From contig CAZVKN010000002.1 of NCBI GenBank assembly GCA_964627035.1, forward strand, positions 11,206-75,205: 64,000 bases of DNA. The letters are read 5' to 3'. The DNA is from an uncultured bacterium. GTDB taxonomy: Bacteria > Electryoneota > AABM5-125-24 > Hatepunaeales > Hatepunaeaceae. The notes beneath the pieces were generated by a model. It searched no databases, was not told the origin of the DNA, and saw only the letters and a program-made list of their open reading frames with translations. The translations under genes were made by a program, and so were the position numbers. Positions 7,750-17,366 of the stretch are shown here, piece after piece; the first letter of the stretch is position 1; the number at the start of each line of letters is the position of its first letter.

Positions 7750-9650
7750 AACGTGCGGTTTATTCTCTGCCGGTATTGATTATCATTGTATCTTTTGCGT
7801 GTGAAGGCTATGGGGAAGAATCTTCTTCGGATCAATCCGGAATCATGTCGGCGGAATACAGTCAGGGACTCAATTATGAACGGTGGCAGGGACTATTGGA
7901 AATGACAAAGCGATTTGATGAAAATAAAAGCTTTTATCTCAATGAGCAGTTGACGGTGTGGCTGCATGATATACCAGGTTACCATCCACAGTGGAAAGTG
8001 GATCAAAAGTTGGATTATGAGCTGTCGCATAGAGTGACTTCAGGACTGAGCTGGCTGGTAAGCGGCTCGCTGGATCGGTTTCTCGACAGACGAACGGACA
8101 GGATTGGGAATGACATACGAATGATGCCGATGATTCCACTTGAAAACGGATATAGCGAAAATCTACCAACACTGCTCGTATCATCCGGAAACAGCCTCAT
8201 CGAAGGGTTTCTCGGCGTTGGTTTTGAATACTCATTTCAGCGACCGTTAAATGCTAAACTGAATTTCGGACCTCTCCTTGAAACCAAGGATAATATGAAG
8301 CAGGAAGGTTTCCGCATGTCTGCTGAGGTCAGTGGCACTGATGAAATCAGTGATTGGAAAACTTCCGGCTGGAGAGACCATCTTCCAAACGGGAGCGATT
8401 ACGGACTGATGGCGTCTTTCAACGGTAATTATATGTTCTCCGAACAGGCATCAGACAGGTTTTCCGTTGATTACTCACTCATAGACCGTCAACAGCAGTT
8501 TGCAGTCGGCGTGCCGACTGACCACAAGGACGAATCAATCAAGTTGTCCAATCATCTGAAGAGTGGTATAGCTACAAATCTGCCTGTTACGTGGAAGTCT
8601 GTGATGACAAGGCAGCGGATTGAGCATCTTGATCTGTCCGGTAACTTCAACGGTCTCACATACATCTGGAATAATGATGTTGAGATGGATTGGAACGCCG
8701 GCACAACACTGCTCGGCAGATTAAGCGGCGGCATTGATATTCGACAGCAACAATTTACGAGAAGACTTTATCAAGGTGAACAGATTAACCCGAATTCGAC
8801 AATATCGTCGCTGAATAGAGGAAAACGGATCTATTTTGGCTTTTCAACGTCATATCTCACATCAGTTTCAGATTCACTCACAATTTCATCACAAGCTGCC
8901 CGATACAGATTCGACACACCCGATGAAACCGATAAAAACGACCGCGATGAGCTTCGATACATATCGTCGGTTCGTTATTCTAAAATGATACTGCCCAATT
9001 TTGTATGCAGTGTCAATCTTGAAGTTGACTTAAACCACATTGTTTATATCTTCAGACCACGCAGCATTGAGAATCGCTGGACGAGACTGTTCTCGCTGTC
9101 ATCAGAGCTGCCGTGGCAGGGTGAGTTGCTTAACAATTCAGCGCGTTTCAAGGTTGTCAGCAATTACAGCGACTACGACTACTCACCCGCTACCGAGAGC
9201 CAGAGCAGGGTGTACCGATCATTCAGTGCGGAAGACAGCCTGAGTATTAATCTCAGTAAGGTGTTGTCACTTGAGATTGATGTTGCTTTGATTCTGGATG
9301 ATCATGGGCGGTTCAGATGGGATGAATGGGTTCAGGATCTCTCAGAGGACGGCATCAGCACATCAACCTCGATTCAATCTCTCTGGAAGATTGATCAATA
9401 CAGTGCCGGCCTCGGGTGGTTATGGCATAAGCGGCAAACGACTATCCATCTGCCGTCGGATCAGACACAACCGGGTGAATCGGTGCTCTCCTCAGGTCCG
9501 AAGTTCAGCTTTGTCTATCCACACTCTGAGGATGAGGAGATTACCGGATTGCAGGTGAGATTGGAGGGTTCTATCGTGTGGGTGAGTGACAGATTGCGCG
9601 GTGACTACAAATTGCCCGATTTTCGACTCTCCGCAGCATACACGTTTTGA
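7746..9650 (+). CDS. Secreted/outer-membrane protein, probable beta-barrel, hypothetical
   Basis: Signal peptide MKRAVYSLPVLIIIVSFA. C-terminal ...SAAYTF aromatic terminus typical of OM beta-barrels. GTG start overlapping the upstream stop. Confidence 0.5.
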   Translation: MKRAVYSLPVLIIIVSFACEGYGEESSSDQSGIMSAEYSQGLNYERWQGLLEMTKRFDENKSFYLNEQLTVWLHDIPGYHPQWKVDQKLDYELSHRVTSGLSWLVSGSLDRFLDRRTDRIGNDIRMMPMIPLENGYSENLPTLLVSSGNSLIEGFLGVGFEYSFQRPLNAKLNFGPLLETKDNMKQEGFRMSAEVSGTDEISDWKTSGWRDHLPNGSDYGLMASFNGNYMFSEQASDRFSVDYSLIDRQQQFAVGVPTDHKDESIKLSNHLKSGIATNLPVTWKSVMTRQRIEHLDLSGNFNGLTYIWNNDVEMDWNAGTTLLGRLSGGIDIRQQQFTRRLYQGEQINPNSTISSLNRGKRIYFGFSTSYLTSVSDSLTISSQAARYRFDTPDETDKNDRDELRYISSVRYSKMILPNFVCSVNLEVDLNHIVYIFRPRSIENRWTRLFSLSSELPWQGELLNNSARFKVVSNYSDYDYSPATESQSRVYRSFSAEDSLSINLSKVLSLEIDVALILDDHGRFRWDEWVQDLSEDGISTSTSIQSLWKIDQYSAGLGWLWHKRQTTIHLPSDQTQPGESVLSSGPKFSFVYPHSEDEEITGLQVRLEGSIVWVSDRLRGDYKLPDFRLSAAYTF

Positions 9651-9651
9651 C

Positions 9652-10944
9652 ATGATTCTGCGACTCTTTACTGCGGTGTGTGTGATTTTGCTATGTACCG
9701 GTCACAGCTTATTTTGTCAGACAGAGAGCAGCGAAGTCGTGATTTATGCCGTGGAAGTGACCGGAAACCGTGCCACATCAACCGATTTCATCCTGCGGGA
9801 GATGACACTGAAACCGGGGATGAGCGCCAATGCTGAAACCATAGAGTCTGACAGGTTGAGGCTTGAATCGCTGGGTCTGTTCAACCGCGTGGATATGAAG
9901 ACAGTGTCAGATCAGGGGCGGGCACTGCTGATCGTCACGGTTACGGAACCTTGGTATATCTACCTGTTTCCGATTGTCCGCTGGGATCCATATAATCCTG
10001 ACCGCAGACTGTTGGGTGGAGGCTTGTATCATCGTAACTTCCGAGGTTACGGCGAGCAGGTTGGACTGTTCGGATGGAGCGGATATGAGACAGGTCTGTT
10101 CCTGACCCATGATGATCCCTGGTTCCGCTTTGGAGGCAAGTACGGACTGGACGGGAGTTTGTATTACTTAGACAGAGAGTTAACTGCCGAGTCCGGAACG
10201 ATTCACAGGCAAAAAATCCAGTACATGGAAGCCACTGTCCGGAGACGAATTGACTATACTGCGCGCGTGGAGCTTAGCCTGGCATGGGAGGAAAGAACCT
10301 CCGATCTCGATTCTTACACTTTCAGCTCAAACAATAAAGATCAACTGATTGTCGGTAAGCTGTATCTGCGTAACGACAAGCGTGATTATCGCTACTATCC
10401 ATCTGCCGGGTGTCTTCTTCAAGCTACTCTGGAAGGAAACTATCTTATCGGCGAGTCACATAACTTTATCCGTGAGCAGTTGGAGTATAGACGCTATAGA
10501 GCATTTGGCTCGGTTATCCTTGCCGGAAGATTGATGGCTGCATTCTCACACGGTGAAACTCCTTACTATCGGCAGATACTAATATCAAATCAGTATATTA
10601 GATCCGGTTACGATTTTGACGATTACGGTGAGATTGCTGTGACTGCGAATCTTGAACTTCGCTTTCCACTGGTAAAACTCAGATATTTCAGCTTTGATCA
10701 AATTCCGATAGCAGGAAAGTATCTTCACAATCTTAAATTCAGCGTTGAAGGTCTTCTGTTTGCAGATAAAGGATTTGGTCAGCATAAGGATGGAGTAAAA
10801 AGGAATCACGACCTTTGGGCTTACGGCTGCGGTTTACAATTCCAACTTCCTTATGTTATGATCGCACATATAATCTTCGGCTGGAAACCGGATGACGATA
10901 TCTCAAACCCGGCATTTATGCTTAGAAACGGCGTTACGTTTTGA
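9652..10944 (+). CDS. Omp85/BamA-family outer membrane protein (one POTRA domain plus barrel)
   Basis: Signal peptide MILRLFTAVCVILLC. POTRA-like VVIYAVEVTGNRATSTDFILREMTLKPG...LGLFNRVDM. C-terminal ...RNGVTF. The track ORF start 9586 was replaced by ATG 9652. Confidence 0.6.
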   Translation: MILRLFTAVCVILLCTGHSLFCQTESSEVVIYAVEVTGNRATSTDFILREMTLKPGMSANAETIESDRLRLESLGLFNRVDMKTVSDQGRALLIVTVTEPWYIYLFPIVRWDPYNPDRRLLGGGLYHRNFRGYGEQVGLFGWSGYETGLFLTHDDPWFRFGGKYGLDGSLYYLDRELTAESGTIHRQKIQYMEATVRRRIDYTARVELSLAWEERTSDLDSYTFSSNNKDQLIVGKLYLRNDKRDYRYYPSAGCLLQATLEGNYLIGESHNFIREQLEYRRYRAFGSVILAGRLMAAFSHGETPYYRQILISNQYIRSGYDFDDYGEIAVTANLELRFPLVKLRYFSFDQIPIAGKYLHNLKFSVEGLLFADKGFGQHKDGVKRNHDLWAYGCGLQFQLPYVMIAHIIFGWKPDDDISNPAFMLRNGVTF

Positions 10945-10945
10945 C

Positions 10946-11692
10946 ATGCATCGAGAACCTTACATACTGATTGACCGGGCATCAAATCCTCAGGAAGGAA
11001 CTCTTACTGTTTCGGGAGATGAAGCACATCATCTGCATAAGGTTATGCGAGCGAAGGAGGGAGACACTTTCATCGCGTTTGACGGGATCGGTCACGGGTG
11101 GCGTGCGAAAGTCTCCGCAATTGACAAGGAAAGTATTACTGCTCGGATAGTTGAGCCGATTGCTGAGAAATTTTCGATCTCTAAGTTTGACACCACCGTC
11201 GCAGTTGGAATTATCAAGGGCAGCCGGATGGATTGGGCTGTTGAGAAAGCCGCCGAGCTTGGCGCTGTCCGTTTCATTCCGACTCTCTCGCATTTCAGCG
11301 TTGTCACCCCCAAAGAAAACAGAATAAAACGGTGGCAGACGATTGCACTGTCGGCGGCAAAACAATCTCACAGATTCAGGCTGATGCAAGTTGAACATGT
11401 GCAGTCTGTTGATTCGATAATTCGGAATAATGCAATCAGCATAAATAAACTGTGCGCATTGGATGTCGGCAGCGGAACAGAGTCATTGATAACAGTGTGG
11501 AGCGACTGCGTCACGGAGAAGCAGGTACGTCATCTGTTGCTCTTCATCGGACCGGAGGGGGGATTCTCAGCCGAAGAGCTTGCACTGTTCAAGCGTCACA
11601 GCATCCCGTCAGTAACCATAGGTCTATATCCGCTCCGCACCGAGACGGCAGTGGCGGTGGTTCTCGGTACACTCGCCAACTTTTCATTGTGA
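10946..11692 (+). CDS. rsmE: 16S rRNA (uracil1498-N3)-methyltransferase RsmE
   Basis: PUA-like N-terminus and SPOUT domain (IKGSRMDWAVEKAAELGA, LFIGPEGGFSAEELA, YPLRTETA). Start taken at ATG 10946, immediately after the upstream stop. Confidence 0.85.
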   Translation: MHREPYILIDRASNPQEGTLTVSGDEAHHLHKVMRAKEGDTFIAFDGIGHGWRAKVSAIDKESITARIVEPIAEKFSISKFDTTVAVGIIKGSRMDWAVEKAAELGAVRFIPTLSHFSVVTPKENRIKRWQTIALSAAKQSHRFRLMQVEHVQSVDSIIRNNAISINKLCALDVGSGTESLITVWSDCVTEKQVRHLLLFIGPEGGFSAEELALFKRHSIPSVTIGLYPLRTETAVAVVLGTLANFSL

Positions 11693-12534
11693 TGATGTCA
11701 TATTTCAAGGCAGCTTTCGACCTGTCACGTCCGTTAAACAGCATCATCACCGGACTGACAGTGGTTGTCGGTGGATTGATCGCCGCAAATGTGTTAATGC
11801 CTGATGTTACGCTTCTACTCGCCGGTCTGTCAGCAGCATTGATTGCTGCCGGGGGAAATGCGGTCAACGATGTGTATGACGCTGCGATAGATAAAATCAA
11901 CCGGCCGACCCGACCGATTCCGTCCGGAATGATAAGCAAATTTCATGCGGTTATTATGGGGATTGTGTGGATGCTGATCGGTTGCGTGATAGGGATTAGT
12001 TTATCTCTACAGTTAGGATTGATCGCTTTGATTGTGTCACTACTTTTATGGGGATACAGCTCATGGTGGAAGAAGAGACCTCTGATTGGAAATTTGGTCG
12101 TGTCGTTGTGCGGTGGATTAGCTTTCATATATGGAGCGGTGGCAGTTGACAACGTTAAGATGGGATTGATCCCGGCACTGTTTGCCTTTTTAATCCATCT
12201 CGGGCGTGAGATCGTTAAGGACTGTGAGGATGAAGAGGGAGACCGCGGCGATAATGCCCGCACTCTGCCGATACTGTTAGGCAGGGTCTTCTCTTTCCGA
12301 CTATCAGCATCTGTCTTACTGCTGTTGGTGATAACGACATTCATTCCTTATCAACTGAATTGGTATGGGCTCGGCTATCTGATGGTAATCGTGATCGGAG
12401 TGGACATACCTCTTCTAACTATTGCTGTCACTCTCTGGTTCAAATCGGTTTTCACACAATCCGGGCTGAGATTGATCAGCAACTCACTTAAGATAATCAT
12501 GCTCATCGGACTAATCGGGCTCTATATTGGATAA
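11693..12534 (+). CDS. UbiA-family aromatic/polyprenyl transferase (integral membrane)
   Basis: NAVNDVYDAAIDKINRPTRPIPSG (NDxxDxxxD motif) plus multiple TM helices. Start ATG 11693, after the rsmE stop. Confidence 0.7.
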
Positions 12535-13108
12535 ACAAATTCCGCAGATTGTGTTGGCGTCATCCTCTCCGAGACGGAGGATGCTGCTGACTCAGGTTGC
12601 CATCCCGTTTGAAGTGATTTTGCCCAATGTTGATGAATTGTCTCCGACCAATGGTGACTTTGAACGGGTAGTTGTACGAAACGCTGAACTCAAGGCGAGA
12701 TCAGTATCTGGCAGGGCTGATGGAAGGTTGATACTCGGTGCGGACACAATTGTTGACCTTGACGGTCAGCCGCTGGGCAAGCCGCAAGATGAAGCCGATG
12801 CAAATAGGATGCTGCATAGGCTGTCGGGCAGGGCTCACCGGGTGCACAGCGGAATTGCGCTGTACGATCCGACTCGTGATAAGTTGTACAGTGATCATGC
12901 GGCGACTTCTGTGACATTCCGATCCTTGACAGATGCGGAGATTAGTGCCTACATAGAATCCGGTGAGCCGATGGACAAAGCAGGTTCGTACGGCATTCAG
13001 GCAAGAGGAGCTCTGTTCATTGAACGGATAGAAGGCTGTTTCTTCAACGTCATGGGGCTGCCGCTGGCGAAGTTGTGGGAGCTGTTGGGGGCGGTGGTAG
13101 TTGGATGA
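12527..13108 (+). CDS. maf: Maf-family nucleoside triphosphate pyrophosphatase
   Basis: LASSSPRRRMLL, GADTIV and SGIAL motifs. Length is typical. Confidence 0.8.
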   Translation: MDKQIPQIVLASSSPRRRMLLTQVAIPFEVILPNVDELSPTNGDFERVVVRNAELKARSVSGRADGRLILGADTIVDLDGQPLGKPQDEADANRMLHRLSGRAHRVHSGIALYDPTRDKLYSDHAATSVTFRSLTDAEISAYIESGEPMDKAGSYGIQARGALFIERIEGCFFNVMGLPLAKLWELLGAVVVG

Positions 13109-13136
13109 GTCACTTGTCGTTAGCGGGGTATGTTTT

Positions 13137-13218
13137 TTCGTCACTTCGTCACAAAATTGCCTGAATCCCTTTGTGGCAAGGCGTTTGAAGGTGTGACGAA
13201 GTTGTGACGAAGTGTGAC
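13137..13218. repeat. Imperfect long inverted repeat built from GTGACGAAG units (TTCGTCACTTCGTCACA ... TGTGACGAAGTTGTGACGAAGTGTGACGG)
   Basis: Arms read directly. Related to the CACGAAG palindrome family at 45888, 49169 and 58822. Confidence 0.6.
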
Positions 13219-14043
13219 GGAACGGGATTCACAGCAGATGCAGCAGATTAGCAGATTTAGTTTGAGTTCAACCTTTAGGTTGTGATCGTAACATGCTAAA
13301 GAGTCTAACCATAATGTTCTTTAACATTTCAACTCAACAACTTACGCTTTCAAGTTTGGTTCACAAAAAGTAGTAATTGCGCCTTGAGTAATGTGAGAAT
13401 GTCAATATACCAAAGAAATAGGTTAAAATAGTCTCACATGCCGTTTTCAAGGCTGATATCACCCTGATGACTGTTATTTATACTTTGATGGTTCATCATT
13501 ATCTGTTCATTTATCTCTGGTTTGCGGATGTCTGATTTTTGCTGTTTGTAAATTTATAGATCGTAGTCCTACGACGAGTGGATGCCAGATACAAACTGTT
13601 TATCTGTGTACTTCTACTGTCTGTTCTGCGTGTGAATCTTCCGGTAATCATCTTAATCTCCTAATGGTTGTGTTTGTTACGTTCAATCATATAGACTACC
13701 CGAAGATTCAAAAAGTTACAACCTGCTCTAACTTTTCTCTTGATTCTTAAACATTGAAGCGTTGAGTTCTTATTGTGCTCATCATGAATTGTATTTAGGA
13801 TCTGTTTTACTGAATGGGATGAATATATGTGTGAACGTCTTACACTTCAAAAACACCTCAACCTGCTCGATTTCGGTGATACAGCTGCGCAATTTGGTTG
13901 TTAACCCTTTGTTCTTGTGAAAAAAATATTAAATTAATAGAACTGTTAGCAGGTGACAACCCTCCGCGGTTGACACAACGCCATCCACTGTCAAGCACGG
14001 AGGCATGACAGCGATAAACAACGCACGCACCGGAGGCTGAGAA

Positions 14044-15468
14044 ATGAACGTTGACCAAGTTATTACATTTGCACGTAAGGAATCAGTAGAGAATATTGAC
14101 CTGAAATTCACCAACCTGTTCGGTGGAATTCATCATATTACTATGCCACTGAATATGCTGACGGAAAGCCTGTTCAAGCGTGGAGTCGGTATTGACGGCT
14201 CATCCATCCCCGGCTTCAAGATCGAAGGCGCCAGCGATATGGTGCTGATCCCCGATCCTGAAACCGCCACAATTGACCCGTTCTGGCAGAGACGGACGCT
14301 GAGTATGCTCGGCTCCGTTTACAGCAGCGACACGCATGAGCCGTATCCGCTCGATCCGCGTCAGATTATCCGTCACGCTGAGGAATATCTCAAAACAACC
14401 GGAGTGGCTGATAGGAGTATGTGGGGACCTGAGTTTGAGTTTAACATCTTCGACTCCATCAGCTATCGTAATCGGGAGAATACAGCTTTCTACAGGCTTG
14501 AATCCAAGGAAGCCGGTTGGAGTGATGTTGATGTTCAGGAGACTGACTACAGAAACCTGATCCAATCTCAACGAGGCTACCACGCAGCTCCTCCCAACGA
14601 CAAATACTTTCTGATTCGTGACAGGATGAGTGCTACTATTGAGCAGTTTGGCATTCCTGTGAAATACCATCATCACGAAGTCGGCAGAGCCGGACAGTCA
14701 GAGATTGAAACTGCTATGTTATCAGCGGTGGATGCGGGTGATGCTGCTGTCAATATCAAGTATATTCTGCGGAATGTGGCTCATCAGGAGGGTTGCTGTG
14801 TCACGTTCATGGCTAAACCGACATACGGTGAAGCGGGCAACGGGATGCACTTTCATCAGAATTTATTCAATGGGAGTTCGCCTACTTTCTACGATAAAAA
14901 AGGCTACGGTGGGTTGTCAGAAACGGCACTGCATTATATCGGTGGGCTGTTGATACACGGCAGGGCACTGTTAGCATTGACAAATCCTTCAACCAATAGC
15001 TACAAACGGCTACTTCCCGGTTTTGAAGCCCCCGTCAACGCTATCTTTGGACTCGGCAACCGTTCGTGTGCTATCCGCATTCCCAAGTATGCCACTGAAC
15101 CGGACAAGAAGCGCATCGAATTCCGTCCACCTGACGGGACATGCAATGTTTATCTCGCCATTGCAGCTCAACTTATGGCTGGGATTGATGGAATTAAGAA
15201 CAAGATTGATCCGACTGCTGAAGGATTCGGACCTTATGACCACGACGTGACCAAGCTGCCTGCTGAGGAGCAGGCGAACATCCCTCGTCTGCCGTCATCG
15301 CTGACTGAAGCAATTGAAGCTCTCAAAGCCGATCACGATTTCTTGCTCGCGGGTGATGTATTCAGTACGGATTTCCTGAACAACTGGATTGAAAAGTTGC
15401 GGAATGATGTAAGTGAGATCAACAACCGCCCACATCCGTTTGAGATGCAGTTGTATTTTGATAGTTAG
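14044..15468 (+). CDS. glnA: Glutamine synthetase, type I-like
   Basis: DGSSIPGF beta-grasp. KPTYGEAGNGMHFHQNLF and NPSTNSYKRL signatures. 474 aa. Confidence 0.85.
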   Translation: MNVDQVITFARKESVENIDLKFTNLFGGIHHITMPLNMLTESLFKRGVGIDGSSIPGFKIEGASDMVLIPDPETATIDPFWQRRTLSMLGSVYSSDTHEPYPLDPRQIIRHAEEYLKTTGVADRSMWGPEFEFNIFDSISYRNRENTAFYRLESKEAGWSDVDVQETDYRNLIQSQRGYHAAPPNDKYFLIRDRMSATIEQFGIPVKYHHHEVGRAGQSEIETAMLSAVDAGDAAVNIKYILRNVAHQEGCCVTFMAKPTYGEAGNGMHFHQNLFNGSSPTFYDKKGYGGLSETALHYIGGLLIHGRALLALTNPSTNSYKRLLPGFEAPVNAIFGLGNRSCAIRIPKYATEPDKKRIEFRPPDGTCNVYLAIAAQLMAGIDGIKNKIDPTAEGFGPYDHDVTKLPAEEQANIPRLPSSLTEAIEALKADHDFLLAGDVFSTDFLNNWIEKLRNDVSEINNRPHPFEMQLYFDS

Positions 15469-15494
15469 TACTTATCGTACAACGTATATGTGAA

Positions 15495-15540
15495 ATAAAA
15501 AAACGGACACCGAATTAATCATAATCAGTGTCCGTTCTTA
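15495..15540. terminator. Bidirectional Rho-independent terminator between convergent glnA and the receiver gene
   Basis: AAAAAAACGGACAC-loop-GTGTCCGT. On the minus strand the hairpin is followed by TTTTTTTATTT. Confidence 0.6.
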
Positions 15541-15556
15541 GTGTATTGCAGTCAAC

Positions 15557-15940
15557 TCAGATCAGCTTCGCCACCAGTTCCAGCAGCTCATTCTGGTCAA
15601 TAGGCTTGGCGAGGTAGCCGTCGGGAGGCGGGACCTGCTTGCGGGATGATATGAATGTTTTAAAATCCGCTGAAACACCGGTGATGATCACCACCGGGAT
15701 AGACTTCAAGTCCTCATCCTCGCGAACTGTGCGATAGAATTTGACACCGGACATCTCCGGCATCGTGATATCAAGTGTAATAAGATCAGGCTTGGTTTCA
15801 CGCACTTTAACCAGCCCCTCGTCACCGTTCTCGGCGATAATCGTGTTGTAACCGTTGTCTTCCAATAAACTCGAAAAATAGGTCTGGGTATCCGGCTCGT
15901 CGTCAATTATTAATATGGTTTGCTTTTCAGCCATTTGCAA
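15557..15940 (-). CDS. Single-domain response regulator (CheY-like receiver)
   Basis: LIIDDEPD, phospho-acceptor LDITMPEMSG, IITG, and K in LAKP. The C-terminal PPPDGYLAKP motif is shared with the receiver fused to the HdrD-like protein. Confidence 0.85.
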   Translation of the reverse strand: MQMAEKQTILIIDDEPDTQTYFSSLLEDNGYNTIIAENGDEGLVKVRETKPDLITLDITMPEMSGVKFYRTVREDEDLKSIPVVIITGVSADFKTFISSRKQVPPPDGYLAKPIDQNELLELVAKLI

Positions 15941-15980
15941 TTCCTCTAATATTCTATTTGGTATGCTTTTCTATAAGAAT

Positions 15981-16012
15981 GCCTGAGAGTAGCTGCAGTG
16001 CTACCCTCAGGC
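15981..16012. terminator. 12-bp stem hairpin (GCCTGAGAGTAGC-TGCAG-GCTACCCTCAGGC) downstream of the minus-strand T9SS gene
   Basis: Near-perfect palindrome. Weak T tract on the minus strand. Confidence 0.3.
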
Positions 16013-16070
16013 AGGTAAAATACATATTTATGTCCGAACTTGCAACAGTCAAACGGATAAACGATTAGAC

Positions 16071-17351
16071 CTACTTTATCAGAATGCCCTTGATCACATC
16101 CGTCTTACTACCCGAATTCAGCCGTATGATGTACATACCGGAGTTCAGCGCGCGAGTGTCCAGCCTGATGCTGTGACTCCCCGCAGACATCCGCCCACCA
16201 GTAGCTTCCATCACCAAGCTGCCGTTGATGTCGAACAGTGACAGATTGACATCGCTTGCACGATCCAGCCTGAATGAAACGGTTGACATCGGATTGAATG
16301 GATTCGGGTAGAGCGACACAATGCCAAATTCGGATGGAGTATTGTCATCCTCAGCCACATTGAGCAGATCCCTCATTCTGACCTGTACATCCAACTCCAT
16401 CTCACCGTTGAATGTGAACTCCGCCGCTTCAACAGCTTGATAACCGTCAGCAGTTACCGTTAACATGAACTGTTCATGTGGAAAACGGTATAGCTCAAAC
16501 ATACCGTCTTCGTCTGAGACGACTTCGATATTGGCGTCAACTACGGTTATTGTTGCGTTCTCAATCGGAGCATTGGTGTCGTCGTCCACCACCTGACCGT
16601 AAACGCTGCCGCCGTATCCGGCGAGATCTGCGAGGACATCCTCAAGAAACTCTGCACGGTCAAAGTCATGCTCGTTGTTCAACCCAAGGAAACAGATGCT
16701 CTGACTATACGCTCTGTATGCTCCTCCACCGTCGAAGAATACGCTGCGGACATAGTCTTCATTGCAGACGAAAACCGGATGTGATCCATCAAGTCCGCGG
16801 ATTCTGTCCGGCACGCCTCCGACCATCGCCATGTCCTCGTTTGTGTAGTATCCAAAGGCGCGTTCACCCAATTGACCCTCCTCATCGGCGTCAACACGGG
16901 TGATTTCGTTGTCTTCACCTACTTCTACAAATTCGATGTTGAAATAGTCGAACAAATCTGTTTCATGGTGTTGACCGCACCAGTCGTTGCCCTCGATGTA
17001 CAGACCGCGGTTCAATTCAACAAATTCAATTAAGGTCTCTTGGCTCTCCCGGTCAATCTGACCGGCTTCTATTCCGCCACCTCAATCGGGGCAGGAGAAA
17101 CCAAGCAGCACCATGATGACATCGTATTGACTCAAGTCGTCCGGGAGCGCTTCGTCGTGATCGTACTCGATCTCAAGTTGATCGAGCGTCTGCATCACGG
17201 CTGAAGACGAATTCAGCCTTTCTCCCAGGACAGGATCGTCAATCGGTAGTGGGTTATCGTTCACCCAAACGAACAGATCATAAGCGGATACACTCCCTGC
17301 CATGAGCAGAACGCAGAGCAGCAATCCCAAAATATATCCTGTTTTTTTCAT
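16071..17351 (-). CDS. T9SS C-terminal-domain secreted protein (carboxypeptidase-regulatory-like middle) interrupted by one in-frame TGA (17082-17084). Possible Sec/recoding site or a pseudogene.
   Basis: Track ORFs 17082..17351 (signal peptide MKKTGYILGLLLCVLLMAGSVSA) and 16071..17015 (TTG start, no signal peptide, Por_Secre_tail C-terminus) share one frame and are separated only by TGA. Read-through gives ...GFSCPD-U-GGGIEAGQIDRE... Confidence 0.5.
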
Positions 17352-17366
17352 TATACCTCCTGTAAG

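Noticed and set aside
9586-9651. ORF-track start 9586 for the Omp85 gene (overlapping the upstream gene)
   Set aside because: An ATG at 9652 directly after the upstream stop begins a canonical signal peptide. The longer N-terminus has no function and overlaps the upstream gene.
16071-17351. Alternative genetic code (TGA as a sense codon throughout)
   Set aside because: Only one in-frame TGA was found. Many genes (hflK, sbcC-like, rsmE, the 55071 ORF) terminate at TGA at sensible positions. So the standard code applies.
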